From positions 76,880,001-76,944,000 of the forward strand of contig JBNRSN020000010.1 of the NCBI GenBank assembly GCA_051313645.2: 64,000 bases of DNA, given 5' to 3'. The notes under the pieces are model-generated. The model saw nothing but the letters and a program-made list of their open reading frames with translations. It had not been told where the DNA came from and did no database searches. Made by a program: the position numbers and the translations under genes. Below, one piece after another: positions 1-11,754 of the stretch; the stretch's first letter is position 1, and every line of letters starts with the position of its first letter. The DNA comes from Centroscyllium fabricii. Its lineage: Eukaryota.

Positions 1-1960
1 CCAAAGAGAGGACATATAAATTGGCCAGAAAAAGCAGCACACCTGAGGATTGGGAGCAGTTTAGGATTCAGCAAAGGAGGACAAATGGATTAATTAAGAG
101 GGGGAAAATAGAGTATGAGAGTAAGCTTGCAGGTAACATAAAAACTGACTGTAAAAGTTTCTATAGATATGCGAAGAGAAAAAGATTGGTGAAGTCAAGC
201 GTAGGTCCCTTGCAGTCAGAATCAGGGGAATTTATAATGGGGAACAAAGAAATGGCAGACCAATTAAATACATACTTTGGTTCTGTCTTCACAAAGGAGG
301 ACGCAAACAACCTCCCAGAGATGTCGGGGAACATAGGGTCTAATGAGAGGGAGGAACTGAATGAAATCAGTATTTTTAGGGAAATGGTGTTATGGAACTT
401 GACGGGATTGAAGGCAGATAAATCCCCAGGGCCTGATAATCTACATCGTAGGGTACTTAAGGAAGTGGCCCGAGAAATAGTAGATGCATTGCTGGTCATC
501 TTCCAAAATTGTAGACTCTGGAACAGTTCCCATGGATTGGAGCGTAGCTATTGTAACCCCACTATTTAAAAAGGTGGTAGAGAGAAAACGGGGAATTATA
601 GACCGGTAAGCCAGACATCGGTAGTGGGGAAAATGCGAGAGTCCATTATAAAAGATGTAATAGCAGAACACTTGGAAAACAGTGAGAGGATCGGACAAAG
701 TCAACATGGATTTACAAAAGGTAAATCGTGCTTGACTAATCAAATGGAATTGTTTTGAGGATGTAACTGGTGGAATAGATAAGGGAGAACCAGTGGATGT
801 GGTGCATTTGGACTTTCAGAAGGTTTTCGATAAGGTCCCGCATAAGAGATTAGCGTGTAAAGTTAAAACACATGGGATTGGGGGTAAGGTACTGACTTGG
901 ACACAGAACTGGTAGGCAGACAGGAAGCAAAGAATTGGAATAAACGAGTCTTTTTCCAAGTGGCAGGCAGTGATTAGTGGGGTACCGCAGGGATCGGTGC
1001 TATTCACAATATATATTAATGGAACTAGATGTAATATCTCCAAGTTTGCAGATGACACAAAGCTGGGTGGGCATGTGTGCTGTAAGGAGGATACTGAGAA
1101 ACTCCAATATGATTTGGACAGGTTGGGTGATTGGGCAGATGCAGTATAATGTGGATAAATGTGACGTTAACCACTTTGGTGGCAAAAACAGGAAGGCAGA
1201 TTATTATCTGAATGGCAATAGATTGGGAGAAGGGGAAGTGCAATGAGATCTGGGTGTCCTTGTGCACCAGTCGCTGAAGGTATGCATGCAGGTGCAGCTG
1301 GCGGTTAAGAAGGCAAATGGTATGTTGGCCTTCATAGCGAGAGGATTCAAGTACAGGAGCAAGGATGTCTTGCTGCAGTTGTACAGGGCCTTGGTGAGAC
1401 CACACCTTGAGTGTTGTGTGCAGTTTTGGTCGCCTTTTCTGAGGAAGGATGTTCTTGCCATGGAGGGAGTGCAGCGAAGATCCACCAGACTGATACCTGG
1501 GATGGCAAGAATGACGTATGAGGAGAGATTGGGTCTATTGGGCTTATATTCACTGGAGTTTAGAAGAATGAGAGGGGATCTCATTGAAACTTAGAAAATT
1601 CTCACAGGACTAGACAGACTAGATGCAGGAAGGATGTTCCCGATGGTCGGGGAGTCCAGAACCAGGGGTCACAGTCTAAAGATAAGGGGTAAGCCATTTA
1701 GGACAGAGATGAGGAGGAATTTCTTCACCCAGAGAGTGGTGAACCTGTGGAATGCTCTACCACAGAAGGCAGTTGAGGCCAATTCATTAAATATAGTCAA
1801 GAAGGAGTTAGATATATTTCTTAAGGCTAAAGGGATCAAGGGATATGGGGAGAAAGCAGGGACAGGGTTCTGAATTTGGATGATCAGCCACGATCTCATT
1901 AAATGGCGGCGCAGGCGCGAGGGGCCGAATGGCCTACTCCTATCTTCTATGTTTCTATGT
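1..1960 (+). mobile_element. CR1-clade LINE, 3' part of ORF2 (RT) plus 3' UTR and tail; frameshifted
   Basis: ORF fragments DKSPGPD, KFADD, LYRALVRPHLE, RRMRGDLIET, RNFFTQRVVNLWNALP; tail ggccgaatggcctactcct...ttctatgtttctatg. Confidence 0.95.
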
Positions 1961-1961
1961 T

Positions 1962-2903
1962 AAGAACATAAGATATAGGAGCTGGAGTATGTCATTAAGC
2001 CCTTCGAGCCCTTCAAATAAGATCATGGCTGATCTTCTATCTCAACTCCACCTACCCGTACTATTCCCATATCCCTTGGTTCCCTTAGTTTCAAAAATCT
2101 ATCTATCCCGGTGTTGAATATACTCAACAGCTGAGCATCTGCATCTCTCTGGGGTAGAGAATTCCAGAGATTCACAACCTTTTGAGTGAAGACAGTTCTC
2201 CTCATCTCAGTCATAAATGGCCCACCCCTTATTGAGAATGTGACCCCCAGTTGTAGACTCCCCAGCCAGGGTGCGGCCTGTGCAGGGCCACCCAATTTTA
2301 TGTAAGAGCCTCTTGTGTGGCATCGTATTGAATGCTTTTTGAAAATCCAAATACACCACATCTACTGGTTCCCCCTTATCTACCCTTCTAGTTGCAACCT
2401 CAATTTGTCAAACACGATTTCCCTTTCACAAATCTATCTTGACTCTGCTAATGATAATATGATGATTTTTTTCAAGTGTTCTGTTGCCACGTCCTTAATA
2501 TTAGATTCTAGCATTTTTCCTGCTACTGATGTCAGGCTAACTGGTCTGTAGTTCCTTGTTTTCTCTCTCCCTCCTTTCTTGAATAACAGGGTTACATTTA
2601 CTACCTTCCAATTCGCGGAGACCGGTCTAAGATCTAATGAATTCTGGAAGATCAAAATGAGTGCATCCACTATCTCTGCAGACACCTTTTTAAAACCACA
2701 GGATGTAGGCCATCAGGTACAGGGGATTTGTTGGCTTTTAGTCCCATTCATTTATCCAGTACTATTTATTCATCTATACTAATTTCTTTAAGTTTCTTAT
2801 TCTCACTTGACCCTTGGTTTCCCATTATTCCCAGAATTTATTTGTGTCTTCTTCTGCGAAGACAGATACAAAGTATTTGTTTAATGGCTCTGCCACTCCC
2901 TTA
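1962..2903 (-). mobile_element. Older, internally deleted CR1 LINE (3' portion); continues at 4589-5306 after nested insertions
   Basis: Minus ORFs NYRPVSLTSVAGKMLE and FTQKVVNLWNSLP; CR1 tail at 1962. Confidence 0.88.
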
Positions 2904-2990
2904 GATACATAGATACATAGAAAATAGGTGCAGGAGTAGACCATTCGGTCCGTCGAGCCTGCACCGCCATTCAATACGTTCATGGCTGAA
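2904..2990 (-). mobile_element. Isolated CR1 3' tail fragment
   Basis: acatagatacatagaaaataggtgcaggagtagaccattcggtccgtcgagcc is the reverse complement of the CR1 stem-loop plus tail. Confidence 0.75.
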
Positions 2991-3060
2991 CACAAGAACA
3001 CAACACAATAGCACAAGAACAGAAGACACAAGAACACAGGAACACAAGAACACTAGAACC
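2988..3060 (-). repeat. Degenerate 8-bp tandem repeat (GAACACAA)n, the 3' tail of the CR1 at 3053-4588
   Basis: About 8-9 units, gaacacaagaacacaacacaatagcacaagaac..., abutting the CR1 3' end. Confidence 0.8.
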
Positions 3061-4588
3061 CCAGAAATAGGAGCAGGAGTAGGCCATCGGCCCCCCGATC
3101 CCGCCCCCTCCCCATCAAGATCGTTGCTGATCCTACCCTAACCTTCGTACCACTATCACCCTTCTCCCACCCAAAGAACCGTGTGATCTCCTGGGAGAGG
3201 CGAAAAACCGGATAAAAACCCAGGTCCAATTTGGGAAAATAAATCCGGGAAATTCCTCTCCGACCCCAATCCAGGCGATCGAAACTTGTCCAGGAGATCA
3301 CTCAGGTCTTACTATACTAACCATAACTCAGGTCCACTTCCCTGCCCGCTCCCCGTAACCCTTAATTCCCTTGTCAGCTAAAAAACAGTCTATTTCGGTT
3401 TTAAATTTATTTAATGTTCCCGCTTCCACAGCTCCCTGGGGCAGTGAATTCCATAGATTAACCACCCTCTGGGTGAAGAAGTTTCTCCTCATCTCAGTTT
3501 TAAAAGAGCCCCCCCTTATTCTAAGACTATGCCCCCTAGTTCTGGTCTCCCCGATCATTGGAAACATCCTTGGCGCATCCACCCGATCAAGGCCCCTCAC
3601 GATCTTGTACGTTTCAATAAGATCGCCTCTCATTCTTCTGAACTCTAAAGAGTAGAGTCCCAACCTACTTAACCTTTCCTCATATGTCAACCCCCTCATC
3701 GCTGGAATTAACCGTGTAAACCTTCTCTGCACTGCCTCCAGGGCAAGTACATCCTTTCTTAAGTATGGACACCAAAACTGCACACAGTATTCCAAATGCG
3801 GTCTCACCAATACTGTGTACAGCTGCAGCAAGACCTCCCTGTTTTTATACTCTATCCCCCTAGCAATAAAGGCTAAGACTCCATTGGCCTTCCTAATCAC
3901 TTGCTGCACCTGCATACTAACTTTTTGTGATTCATGCACTAATACCCCCAGGTCCCTTTGCGTTGTATTACAACGCAGCTCCTCCCCCTTTAGAAAATAA
4001 CTTGCCCTATGATTTTTTTTTTCCAAAGTGTATAACTTCACATTTGTCAGTATTAAATTTCATCTGCCAGGTTGCTGCCCAATCACCTAGCTTATCTATA
4101 TCCTTTTGCAGGCTTTTTCTGTCCTCCTCCCTCCCTGCTTTTCCTCCCATTTTTGTGTCATCTGCAAACTTTGATATATTACACTTGGTCCCCTCCTCCA
4201 AATCATTTATATAGATTGTAAACAGCTGGGGTCCCAGCACCGACCCCTGCGGAACACCGCTAGTCACTGATTGCCATCCCGAGTATGAACCATTTATCCC
4301 AACTCTCTGCTTCCTGTTTGAAAGCCAATCCTCTACCCATGCTAATATATTTCCCCCAATCCCATAATTTTTTATTTTAAGCAAAAGTCTCTTATGTGGC
4401 ACCTTGTCAAAAGCCTTTTGGAAGTCCAAGTATACCACATCCACCGGTTCCCCTTTATCGACCCGAGATGTTACTTCCTCAAAGAATTCGAGCAGATTAG
4501 TTAAACATGACTTCCCCTTCGTAAAACCATGCTGACTCTGTCCGATTAAGTCATGTTTATCCAAGTGCCCCGTCAGTGTTTCTTTAAT
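3053..4588 (-). mobile_element. Younger 5'-truncated CR1 LINE (RT C-terminal half, one frameshift near 4010-4040)
   Basis: ORFs 4007..4564 (QHGF, YLDFQKAFDKVPH, GVPQGSVLGP, FADD) and 3328..4041. Confidence 0.95.
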
Positions 4589-5306
4589 TCCCCATTATAA
4601 TTTCTCCTGTCTCTGTAAGGGATCCACATTTACTTTTGTTAATCTCTTCCTTTTTACATACCTACAGAAGCTTTTACAACCAGTTTTTATGTCTCTTGCT
4701 AGTTTATTCCCATATTCTCTTTTTTCTCTCCATCAATTTCTTGTTTATCCTTTGCTGAATTCCAAAAGCCTCCCAATCCTCAGGCTTACTACTCTTTTTG
4801 GCAACATTAGAAGCCTCTTCCTTTAATCTAATACTACCTTTAAATTCTCCTGTTAGGCTTGGTTGGGCCACATTTCCGTTGGGTTTTTATTCCTTAAGGG
4901 AAGGTATATTCTTTGCGAATTATGAATTATTTCTTTTAATGTTTGCCATTGTTTATCTACCACTTAATCTAGTTTTCCAATCTACCTTAGCCAACTCACC
5001 CTTCATATCTACATAATTTGCTTTGTTCAGATTTAAGACCTTAGTTTTGAACTTAACTACATCACTCTCAAATGCAACATAAAATTCTATGATGTTATGA
5101 TCACTGCTCCCCAGAGGCTCCTTTACTACAAGGTTATTAATTAACCCTGTCTCATTCCACAATATTAGATCTAAAATTGCCTGTTCTCTAGTCGGTTCCT
5201 CGACATACTGATCTAGAAAACTATCTTGAATGCATTACATGAACTCGTCCTCCACACTATTACTGCACATTTGGCATGCCCAGTCTATATGAAGATTAAA
5301 GTCTTG
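4589..5306 (-). mobile_element. CR1 ORF2 remnant (endonuclease C-terminus and tether)
   Basis: ORF 4953..5162 EPLGSSDHNIIEF has the APE-endonuclease SDH motif. Confidence 0.85.
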
Positions 5307-5308
5307 TA

Positions 5309-5760
5309 CAGGTTGAACACTGTTCATCCGATAACCGGAAAGCCGGCAACTTCAATTGGCCGGCATAAATCGCCCCAACTGCCCTGCGCAAAATGGCCGC
5401 CACGATCGATGCTTCGGCGAATGATCTGCGCATGTGCCGCCGAACAGCGAGCGCATGCGCAGATCATTCACAATGGCTGCCGGAAGTTTTGAATGATCTG
5501 CGCATGCGCCGCTGAACGCATGTGCAGACCATTCAAAACTTCCGACGGCCATTTTTGAATGATCTGCGTATGCACTCTCCTTTCGGCGGCGCATGCGCAG
5601 ATCATTCAAAACTTCGCGGTGGCAATTTCCAATGTTATGCGCGTGCGCGCGGCCATTTTGAATGGTGTGCGTGCACTGACCAGCTTCATTCTTCAGTTTT
5701 TTTCCGCTAGACCGGCCCGGGCCTAGTCCCGCCCGTGCCGTTATAACGGTCTTCAACCTG
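5309..5760. mobile_element. Tigger/pogo-like (Tc1/mariner) MITE with internal GCGCATGCGC palindromic array
   Basis: TA|CAGGTTGAACAC ... GGTCTTCAACCTG termini; interior shared, in inverted orientation, with the 60231-60838 element. Confidence 0.75.
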
Positions 5761-6082
5761 AACACAATCAAATTAAAGATTTAATTTCTGAATCAGATTG
5801 AGCAGTTACATCACACTAGGTAGTTACAAAAATTGGTATTAGAAGTCAAAACCTAATGAATTCACCACCCAAATATCAGTACTTTGTTTAGTGAAAAATT
5901 AGCAACTAATATTTCTTCACAAATCATTCTCATGAAAGGCAATTAACCCATTACAGGCTTCCACATTGTGTATAAGTTCAGATGTATTTACCAATCAATC
6001 CCTGTGCATGGACAAGGGGGAAGTCAAGACAGAAGGTAGTCTTAAGGTGAAGCAAGGTTAGATGGTGAGGGATAATTGATGT

Positions 6083-7188
6083 TGTAGCGCAGCCACTCAA
6101 GCGAGTCATCCGATCTCTCTAGGCCCTTAGAATCCACCTTACCCGAGTGGGCCCTCCCGTTTCCCTATTGGTCAGGTTGGGTCAACGGTTACGGTCCCCC
6201 ATTGGTCCGTAGGGCTGTCACTCAAGAGCCCCCACAGTGCTTTGCATTTTCGCGCCGTTTTCTCTCAGTTCTGCATTGTTGTGATTGAATAAAGACTTAT
6301 TGGGCCAGAATTTCGGGTGCCTCGCACCAGATGCCCACGGACGAAATGCCCACGGATCCGAGATGCCCACGGATCCGAGATTTCCGATGCTGAGGGAGAA
6401 GGGCCCTCAGCATCAAACGCAGGAATGAGTTGCACCCAAGATTTCCGGTTGAAAAGGGTCAATTTTTTCCGTGATTCTGTGGGCAACGTTGCCTTCAGAT
6501 GCCCTCCAAAAAAGCTCCAGTAACTCGTGCATGAAGGAGAGCTGCTGCTTGTGGAGAACGGTGAAAGGACTGTTTCAGCGTAAAAAGTTAAGTTCTAGCA
6601 AATTTATTTCAGTTTTGATGTTTGAGTGGTGTTTAGTAAAAGTTGTGAGTGTGAACGTTTTAGAAAAAATTTAAAAATCGCGTTTTGAAGTGTTTTTTTG
6701 TAGTTTTTTTCAACCAAATTGTTTGGTAGCAAAGTCTTTCATCCTATTTTAAAAATTAAGTAACTGCTAATCCCCCACTGCTGAAAGTATTTTTTGGGGG
6801 ATTTCAGTCTCAGATAACTGAGAAATGCCTTTTTCATTTTAGAAAAGCAAGCACACTTACCTAACTATGGCACTGAAAAAGTGCTTGCCGTTCTCTGCAG
6901 CACTTTCTGTACTTTCATCAGGGGGCGTGTGCATTTAGATTAGCCCTCAGAGGGCGGGGCTTGCTATTTCTCCACGCACCAAGCATGGCTGGGCAGAAAC
7001 GATGCCCACGAAGAAGGTAATCAGTATCGGAAATTTCAAGCGCAAAAATGGGACGACTCCCATGGGCAACGTAACGGAAACGATCCCCACGAAACGGATC
7101 GAGCCGAATTTCTGGCCCATTGGATTTTGCTCCGCTGCTTTACTTTGTTTCTTGATAATTTAAGAGTGGGAAACTTCGGTTCCCCACA
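6083..7188 (+). repeat. 5' LTR (6083-6301 plus 7122-7188), split by a MITE
   Basis: Aligns with the 3' LTR; AATAAA at ~6288; ends ggttccccaca. Confidence 0.9.
6302..7118. mobile_element. PIF/Harbinger-superfamily-like MITE inserted in the 5' LTR
   Basis: TIRs GGGCCAGAA(T/A)TTCGG, 14/15 match; ATT duplication confirmed by the empty site in the 3' LTR (gacttATTggat); subterminal GATGCCCACG repeats. Confidence 0.85.
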
Positions 7189-7190
7189 AT

Positions 7191-7202
7191 TGGTGACCCC
7201 GA
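7191..7202 (+). other. Primer-binding site complementary to the tRNA-Trp 3' end
   Basis: TGGTGACCCCGA lies 2 bp after the LTR end; tRNA-Trp ends ...UCGGGGUCA-CCA. Confidence 0.85.
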
Positions 7203-10200
7203 ATGTCAGACACAGAGAATGCTGACCCGAACGCACGCACAGCGGCCCGCCAGACCGAACGGCCGTCGACGACAAGTCTCCCTCCCTTCTGGGAACACCA
7301 AGCAGCCGCTTGGTTCATACAAACTGAGCGCGCAGTTCCGCCTACGACGTATTACCCAAGATGAGGACCACTATCTCCTCGTTGTTGCAGCCCTGCTGAG
7401 CCACGTCGCCGCCGACATAGTCGACCTGCTTCGTGACCCGCCGACAGCCGACAGCCGACAGGTACGCTGCTGTCAAGAAGCGCTTGCTGCAAGCCCACGA
7501 CCTACCGGAGGCCATGCGGGCCCGGCAACTTCTCAAACTCCCAGTTCTCGGGGACTCCACGCCCACACGTTTAATGAACCGGATGCTCGCCCTGCTCGGC
7601 GACCACAGGGTGTGCCCTTTGTTCAGGGCACTCTTCATCAACCTGCTTTCACAACCGGTGCAGTCCGTGTTGGCGAACTTCAAAGGTGGGGACTATGCCG
7701 ATTTTGCCTCCGCAGCAGACCGCATCTGCCTGTGCACTCCTTACACGGGTGCCGCCACGAGGCCCCAAACCCTCTCGCCGCAGCCAACGCCCCGACCTCA
7801 GCCGGAGCTTTGCTACTATCACGCACGCTTCGGCCCGAATGCCCACCGCGCCGACCGCCTTGCTCCTTCGACGGAAAACTGGCCCAACCCAAGCCCAAGG
7901 TTTCGAATCAGCCACGCCGCCAAGGTCCAGCCGCTGCTAACGCCATGGGCACAGCAGGTCAGTTGCTCTATATTACAGACTCTCTGTCCGGCCAACAATT
8001 CCTCTGCGACACAGGGGCCCAGCTCAGCATCTTACCAGCCACACGTTCCGATCGACGGTCCGGCCGCAGTGGCCCACCGCTCGTGGCCGTGAATGCCGTT
8101 GCTAAAGCCACATTCAGTAAGCGGCGAGCTGAAATCCGACTGGGCGACCAACGCTTAGCATGGGACTTTGTCACGGCCAACATTGCATGTCCATTGCCGG
8201 GTGCAGATTTCCTTTGTGCCCACGGCCTGCTCGTGGACGGCCAGGGCAGACGTCTGATGGACGCACCTACTTTCGCATCGTTTCCCTGCCAGCGAGGTGA
8301 TGGACAACCCCTCGTTAGCTCCTGCTCTCCTTCTCCGGGTGACAAGTACGCACGTCTGCTGGCCGAGTTTCCGGCCATCATGCAGCCGACTTTCTCCGAC
8401 GGTCTGACCAAACACGGCGTCCAACATCATATCGCCACTACTGGCCCGCCGGTTTTCGCCAGAGCCAGACGCCTCAATCGTACGAAGATGGCGGTGGCCA
8501 AGCAAGAATTCTCCGCCCTGGAGAAGCTAGGGATCATTCAGCCTTCCAACAGTCAGTGGTCGTCCCCACTCCATATCGTCCCCAAGCCAGGAGGCGGCTG
8601 GCGACCATGTGGTGATTACCGACGCCTTAATGACGCCACCATGCCGGACAGATACCCGGTGCCTCATATTCAGGACTTTTTGGCCCATTTGGCGGGCGCT
8701 ACCATATTTTCGAAGATCGACCTCGTCCGAGGGTATCACCAGGTCCCGGTCCATCCGGATGACATTCAAAAAACAGCCGTTATTACGCCTTTCGGACTTT
8801 TTGCGCATGCCTTTCGGGTTAAAGAATGCTGCACAGGTTTTTCAACGATTGATGGACTCTGTCCTTCGGGACTTGGACTTTTTGTTTGTATACCTTGATG
8901 ATATTTTAGTTGCTAGTGTTAACAAATCTCAACGTGATGCACCTGCACTCTCTTTTTCAGAGATTGGCCCATCACGGCCTAATTGTTAACCCTGTCAAAT
9001 GTCAATTCGGCTGCCCGGAGATTGAATTTCTTGGGCATCACATCTCCGCTGCGGGAGCTGTCCCTTTGCGCTCCAAGGTACAAGCGGTCGCAGATTTTCC
9101 CCCAGCCTAACTCAGTTAAGTCACTCCAAGAATTTCTTGGAATGGTTAATTTTTACCACCGTTTCATTCCTCGAGCGGCCTCCATCATGCGCCCCTTGTA
9201 TGAGGCTACCGGGGCAAGACCGGCAGGGATGGCCTTCAGTGGTCGGCTGATATGCTTCAGGCTTTTCGCCTCGCTAAGTCGGCTTTGGCTAAGGCCACTC
9301 TTTTGACCCACCCCATTCCGGGAGCTCCACTGTCGCTCACGACGGACGCCTCGGACCATGCCGTAGGCGCCGTTCAGCAGCAATGGGTGGATGGTGCCTG
9401 GCAGCCCCTCGCCTTTTTTAGCCGCCAACTACGGAAAAACGAGCTCTCGTATAGCACGTTCGATCGTGAACTGCTAGCTCTGGACTAACGCCTGCCAGGA
9501 CTGTCAGCGCGCCAAGGTCCATCGACATAATAAGGCCCCTTTGGAAAGTTTTCCGGTGCCCAAGCGGCGCTTTGATCATGTCCATGTTGACCTGGTGGCC
9601 CATTGCCCCCATCGCAGGGTTTCACCCATCTCCTCACGGTCGCTGACCGCACCACTCGGTGGGCAGAGGTTGTACCTCTTTCTTCCACTACTGCGGCCGA
9701 CGTCGCTCGTGCCTTAATTTTTTCTTGGGTGGCCCGTTTCGGGGTACCGTCAGACATCACTTCCAACAGGGCCCTCAGTTCACCTCTCAACTCTGGAGCG
9801 CAGTCGCCTCTGGTCTAGGTACGCAAGTGCACCGCACAACTGCATACCACCCACAGTCGAATGGCATTTGCGAGCGCTTCCACCGCGCCCTTAAGGCCTC
9901 ACTCCGAGAGCTAGCCTGGTTGATGCCAATTGGCTCGACAAGCTACCTTGGGTTTTGCTTGGGTTGCGTTCTGCACCAAAGGACGACCTCGGCACTTCAT
10001 CTGCCGAACTCGTTTTTGGACAGCCTCCCCGTGTTCCAGGAGAATTTTCCCCCTCCACTACCGACCCTTGGTCGGCCAGCGAGCAACTCGCTCAGCTTAA
10101 CAACGCGGCGCACCGTTTTCTCCCTATGCCCACCTCTCGGCATGGCATCCGCTCGACTCACATGCCTCCCGAGCTCCGTCGGGCTAAATTTGACTTGGTG

Positions 10201-10620
10201 CGTCGCGACGCTCACAGAACCCCCTTGCAGGCGCCATACACTGGCCCTTTCCGGGTGGAGGTTGGCGACAAAGCTTTTCTCTTGGAGGTTGGGGGTCGAC
10301 AGGACCGCGTGTCTATCGGCTGTCTTAAGCCGGCCCAGTTCGACCCCACTTTACAGGAACAATCTTTCCCGGCTCCGTGCCAGGAGCCCTTCTTTGTTCT
10401 GAGCGTACCCGCGGCAAGTCCCACAGTCTTTACGCCATCGGGTACGGCTCCAGTTGCAGTTTCGCCCCCTGTTTCGCCTCCTTACGCGCCTGTGGTGCAG
10501 TTACCCCCTAGTCCGGTACACGGCTCTCCGGCGTCCCCTCCTGCACCGGCGGCCTATCGCACTCGCAGCGGCCGCCTCATCAAACCTCCTCCTCGGTTGA
10601 CGTACCATGTGTATGCGGAT
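7203..10620 (+). pseudogene. Disrupted gag-pol: Gag ([13 protein letters not shown] of CHCC type), protease (FLCDTGA), RT (YLDD), RNase H, integrase, C-terminal RTRSGR
   Basis: Motifs are spread over several frames (ORFs 7219, 7433, 8609, 8910, 8983, 9252, 9603, 9659, 9955); deletion near 9485. Confidence 0.9.
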
Positions 10621-10635
10621 CCTGGGGGGGGCGTG

Positions 10636-11754
10636 TATAGCGTAGCCACTCAAGAGAGTCATCCGATCTCTCTTCGACCTCAGAACCCACCTTACCCGAG
10701 CGGGTCCTCCCCCGTTTCCCTATTGGTCAGGTTGGGTCAACGATTACGGTCCCCCATTGGTCCGTAGGGCTGTCACTCAGGAACCCCACCAGTGCTTTGT
10801 GTTTATGCGCCGTTTTCTCTCAGTTCTGCGTTGTTGTGATTGAATAAAGACTTATTGGATTTTGCTCCGCTGCTTTCCTCCGTTTCTCGATAATTTAAGA
10901 GTGGCAAACTTAGGGGGGTATTTTCATGTCCCCGTGAGGCGGGGTTTTGGGCGGCCGGGCCGGCAAAATAGCAGAACCGGCGGGTCCCGCCCCTCCCCGC
11001 CGGATCCCTGCCGCTTTCTCATTTACCCGCCCCCAGATTCCCCGCCCCGAAATCTTCCTCCCGCCGACCATGGGTTGTCACCTCGTTAAGGGCCCTTAAT
11101 TGGCATCTTTAATGCCATTTTAAGGGCCCTCAGTCATTTTGCGCTGTTTTCCGCCCTAATCCCGCCACCTTAAACCCCGCTGGGTGAAACCCAGCGGGAG
11201 CACAGCGCTGGTTATAACTTCTGGACCATAGCCTGGTGTTGTGTGAGTTCCTGAATTTATTACTTTCTCCTTTAAGGTGTGAAGGACATGCTGCCAAATG
11301 CTTGGCATGCCTCCAGCACCTTAGAAGAGTAAGTCCCTCCGTTCTGCCTTCATATCAGCTGAGACCAGAAACTGAGAAATCTCAGTTCTCACCATGTCCT
11401 CACAGCTGGTGCGAGCTGAGAGCGATTCGGAGCCCGCCCGCCCACCTGTCAGTCACCAGCACTTGGCCTTTCCCATTGGCTCCACTCCACTGTGATGTCA
11501 CAGTGGCGTGTTGCCATGGGAACTGACAACAACCAGTGCTGGAGCTGCCAATCAAAGTGCTCGCAGCTCCGCTGCAACCCGACTGGATTCACCTAATTAC
11601 CTCCCACTCCCGCAGACGGGGATTTAACAGCCTCATTAACCTAAAATTGCGTGGGCTTCCCAGCTGTTTGGACGGGCGGGACCGGAAGCCGCCCAGACCA
11701 ATCCCCGCCAGGTTCCCGCCCTTCCGGAAAAATTCCACCCTTAGGTTCCCCACA
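10636..11754 (+). repeat. 3' LTR (10636-10912 plus 11744-11754), split by a MITE
   Basis: Homologous to the 5' LTR, follows the PPT, and ends ggttccccaca before the ATGT duplication. Confidence 0.9.
10913..11740 (+). mobile_element. ~800-bp non-autonomous PIF/Harbinger-like element, family A, copy 1
   Basis: Termini GGGGGGTATTTT ... AAAATTCCACCC; TTA duplication; three further copies in the window. Confidence 0.85.

Larger units (their letters stand above)
6083..11754 (+). mobile_element. Gypsy LTR retrotransposon, CsRn1/Kabuki-like clade; structurally complete but decayed
   Basis: Two ~290-bp LTRs (TG..CA), ATGT target duplication (6079-6082 and 11755-11758), PBS, G-rich PPT at 10624-10631, and gag-PR-RT-RH-IN order. 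Confidence 0.93.

Noticed and set aside
5400-5680. CRISPR-like repeat-spacer appearance (also 60300-60765)
   Set aside because: Units alternate in orientation, spacers are themselves repeated, there are no cas genes, and the array lies inside a eukaryotic MITE.
7219-8898. 559-aa ORF as an intact or domesticated gene
   Set aside because: It is a frameshift mosaic of Gypsy gag, protease and RT (true Gag frames alternate; YLDD is in another frame) inside an LTR-bounded element.
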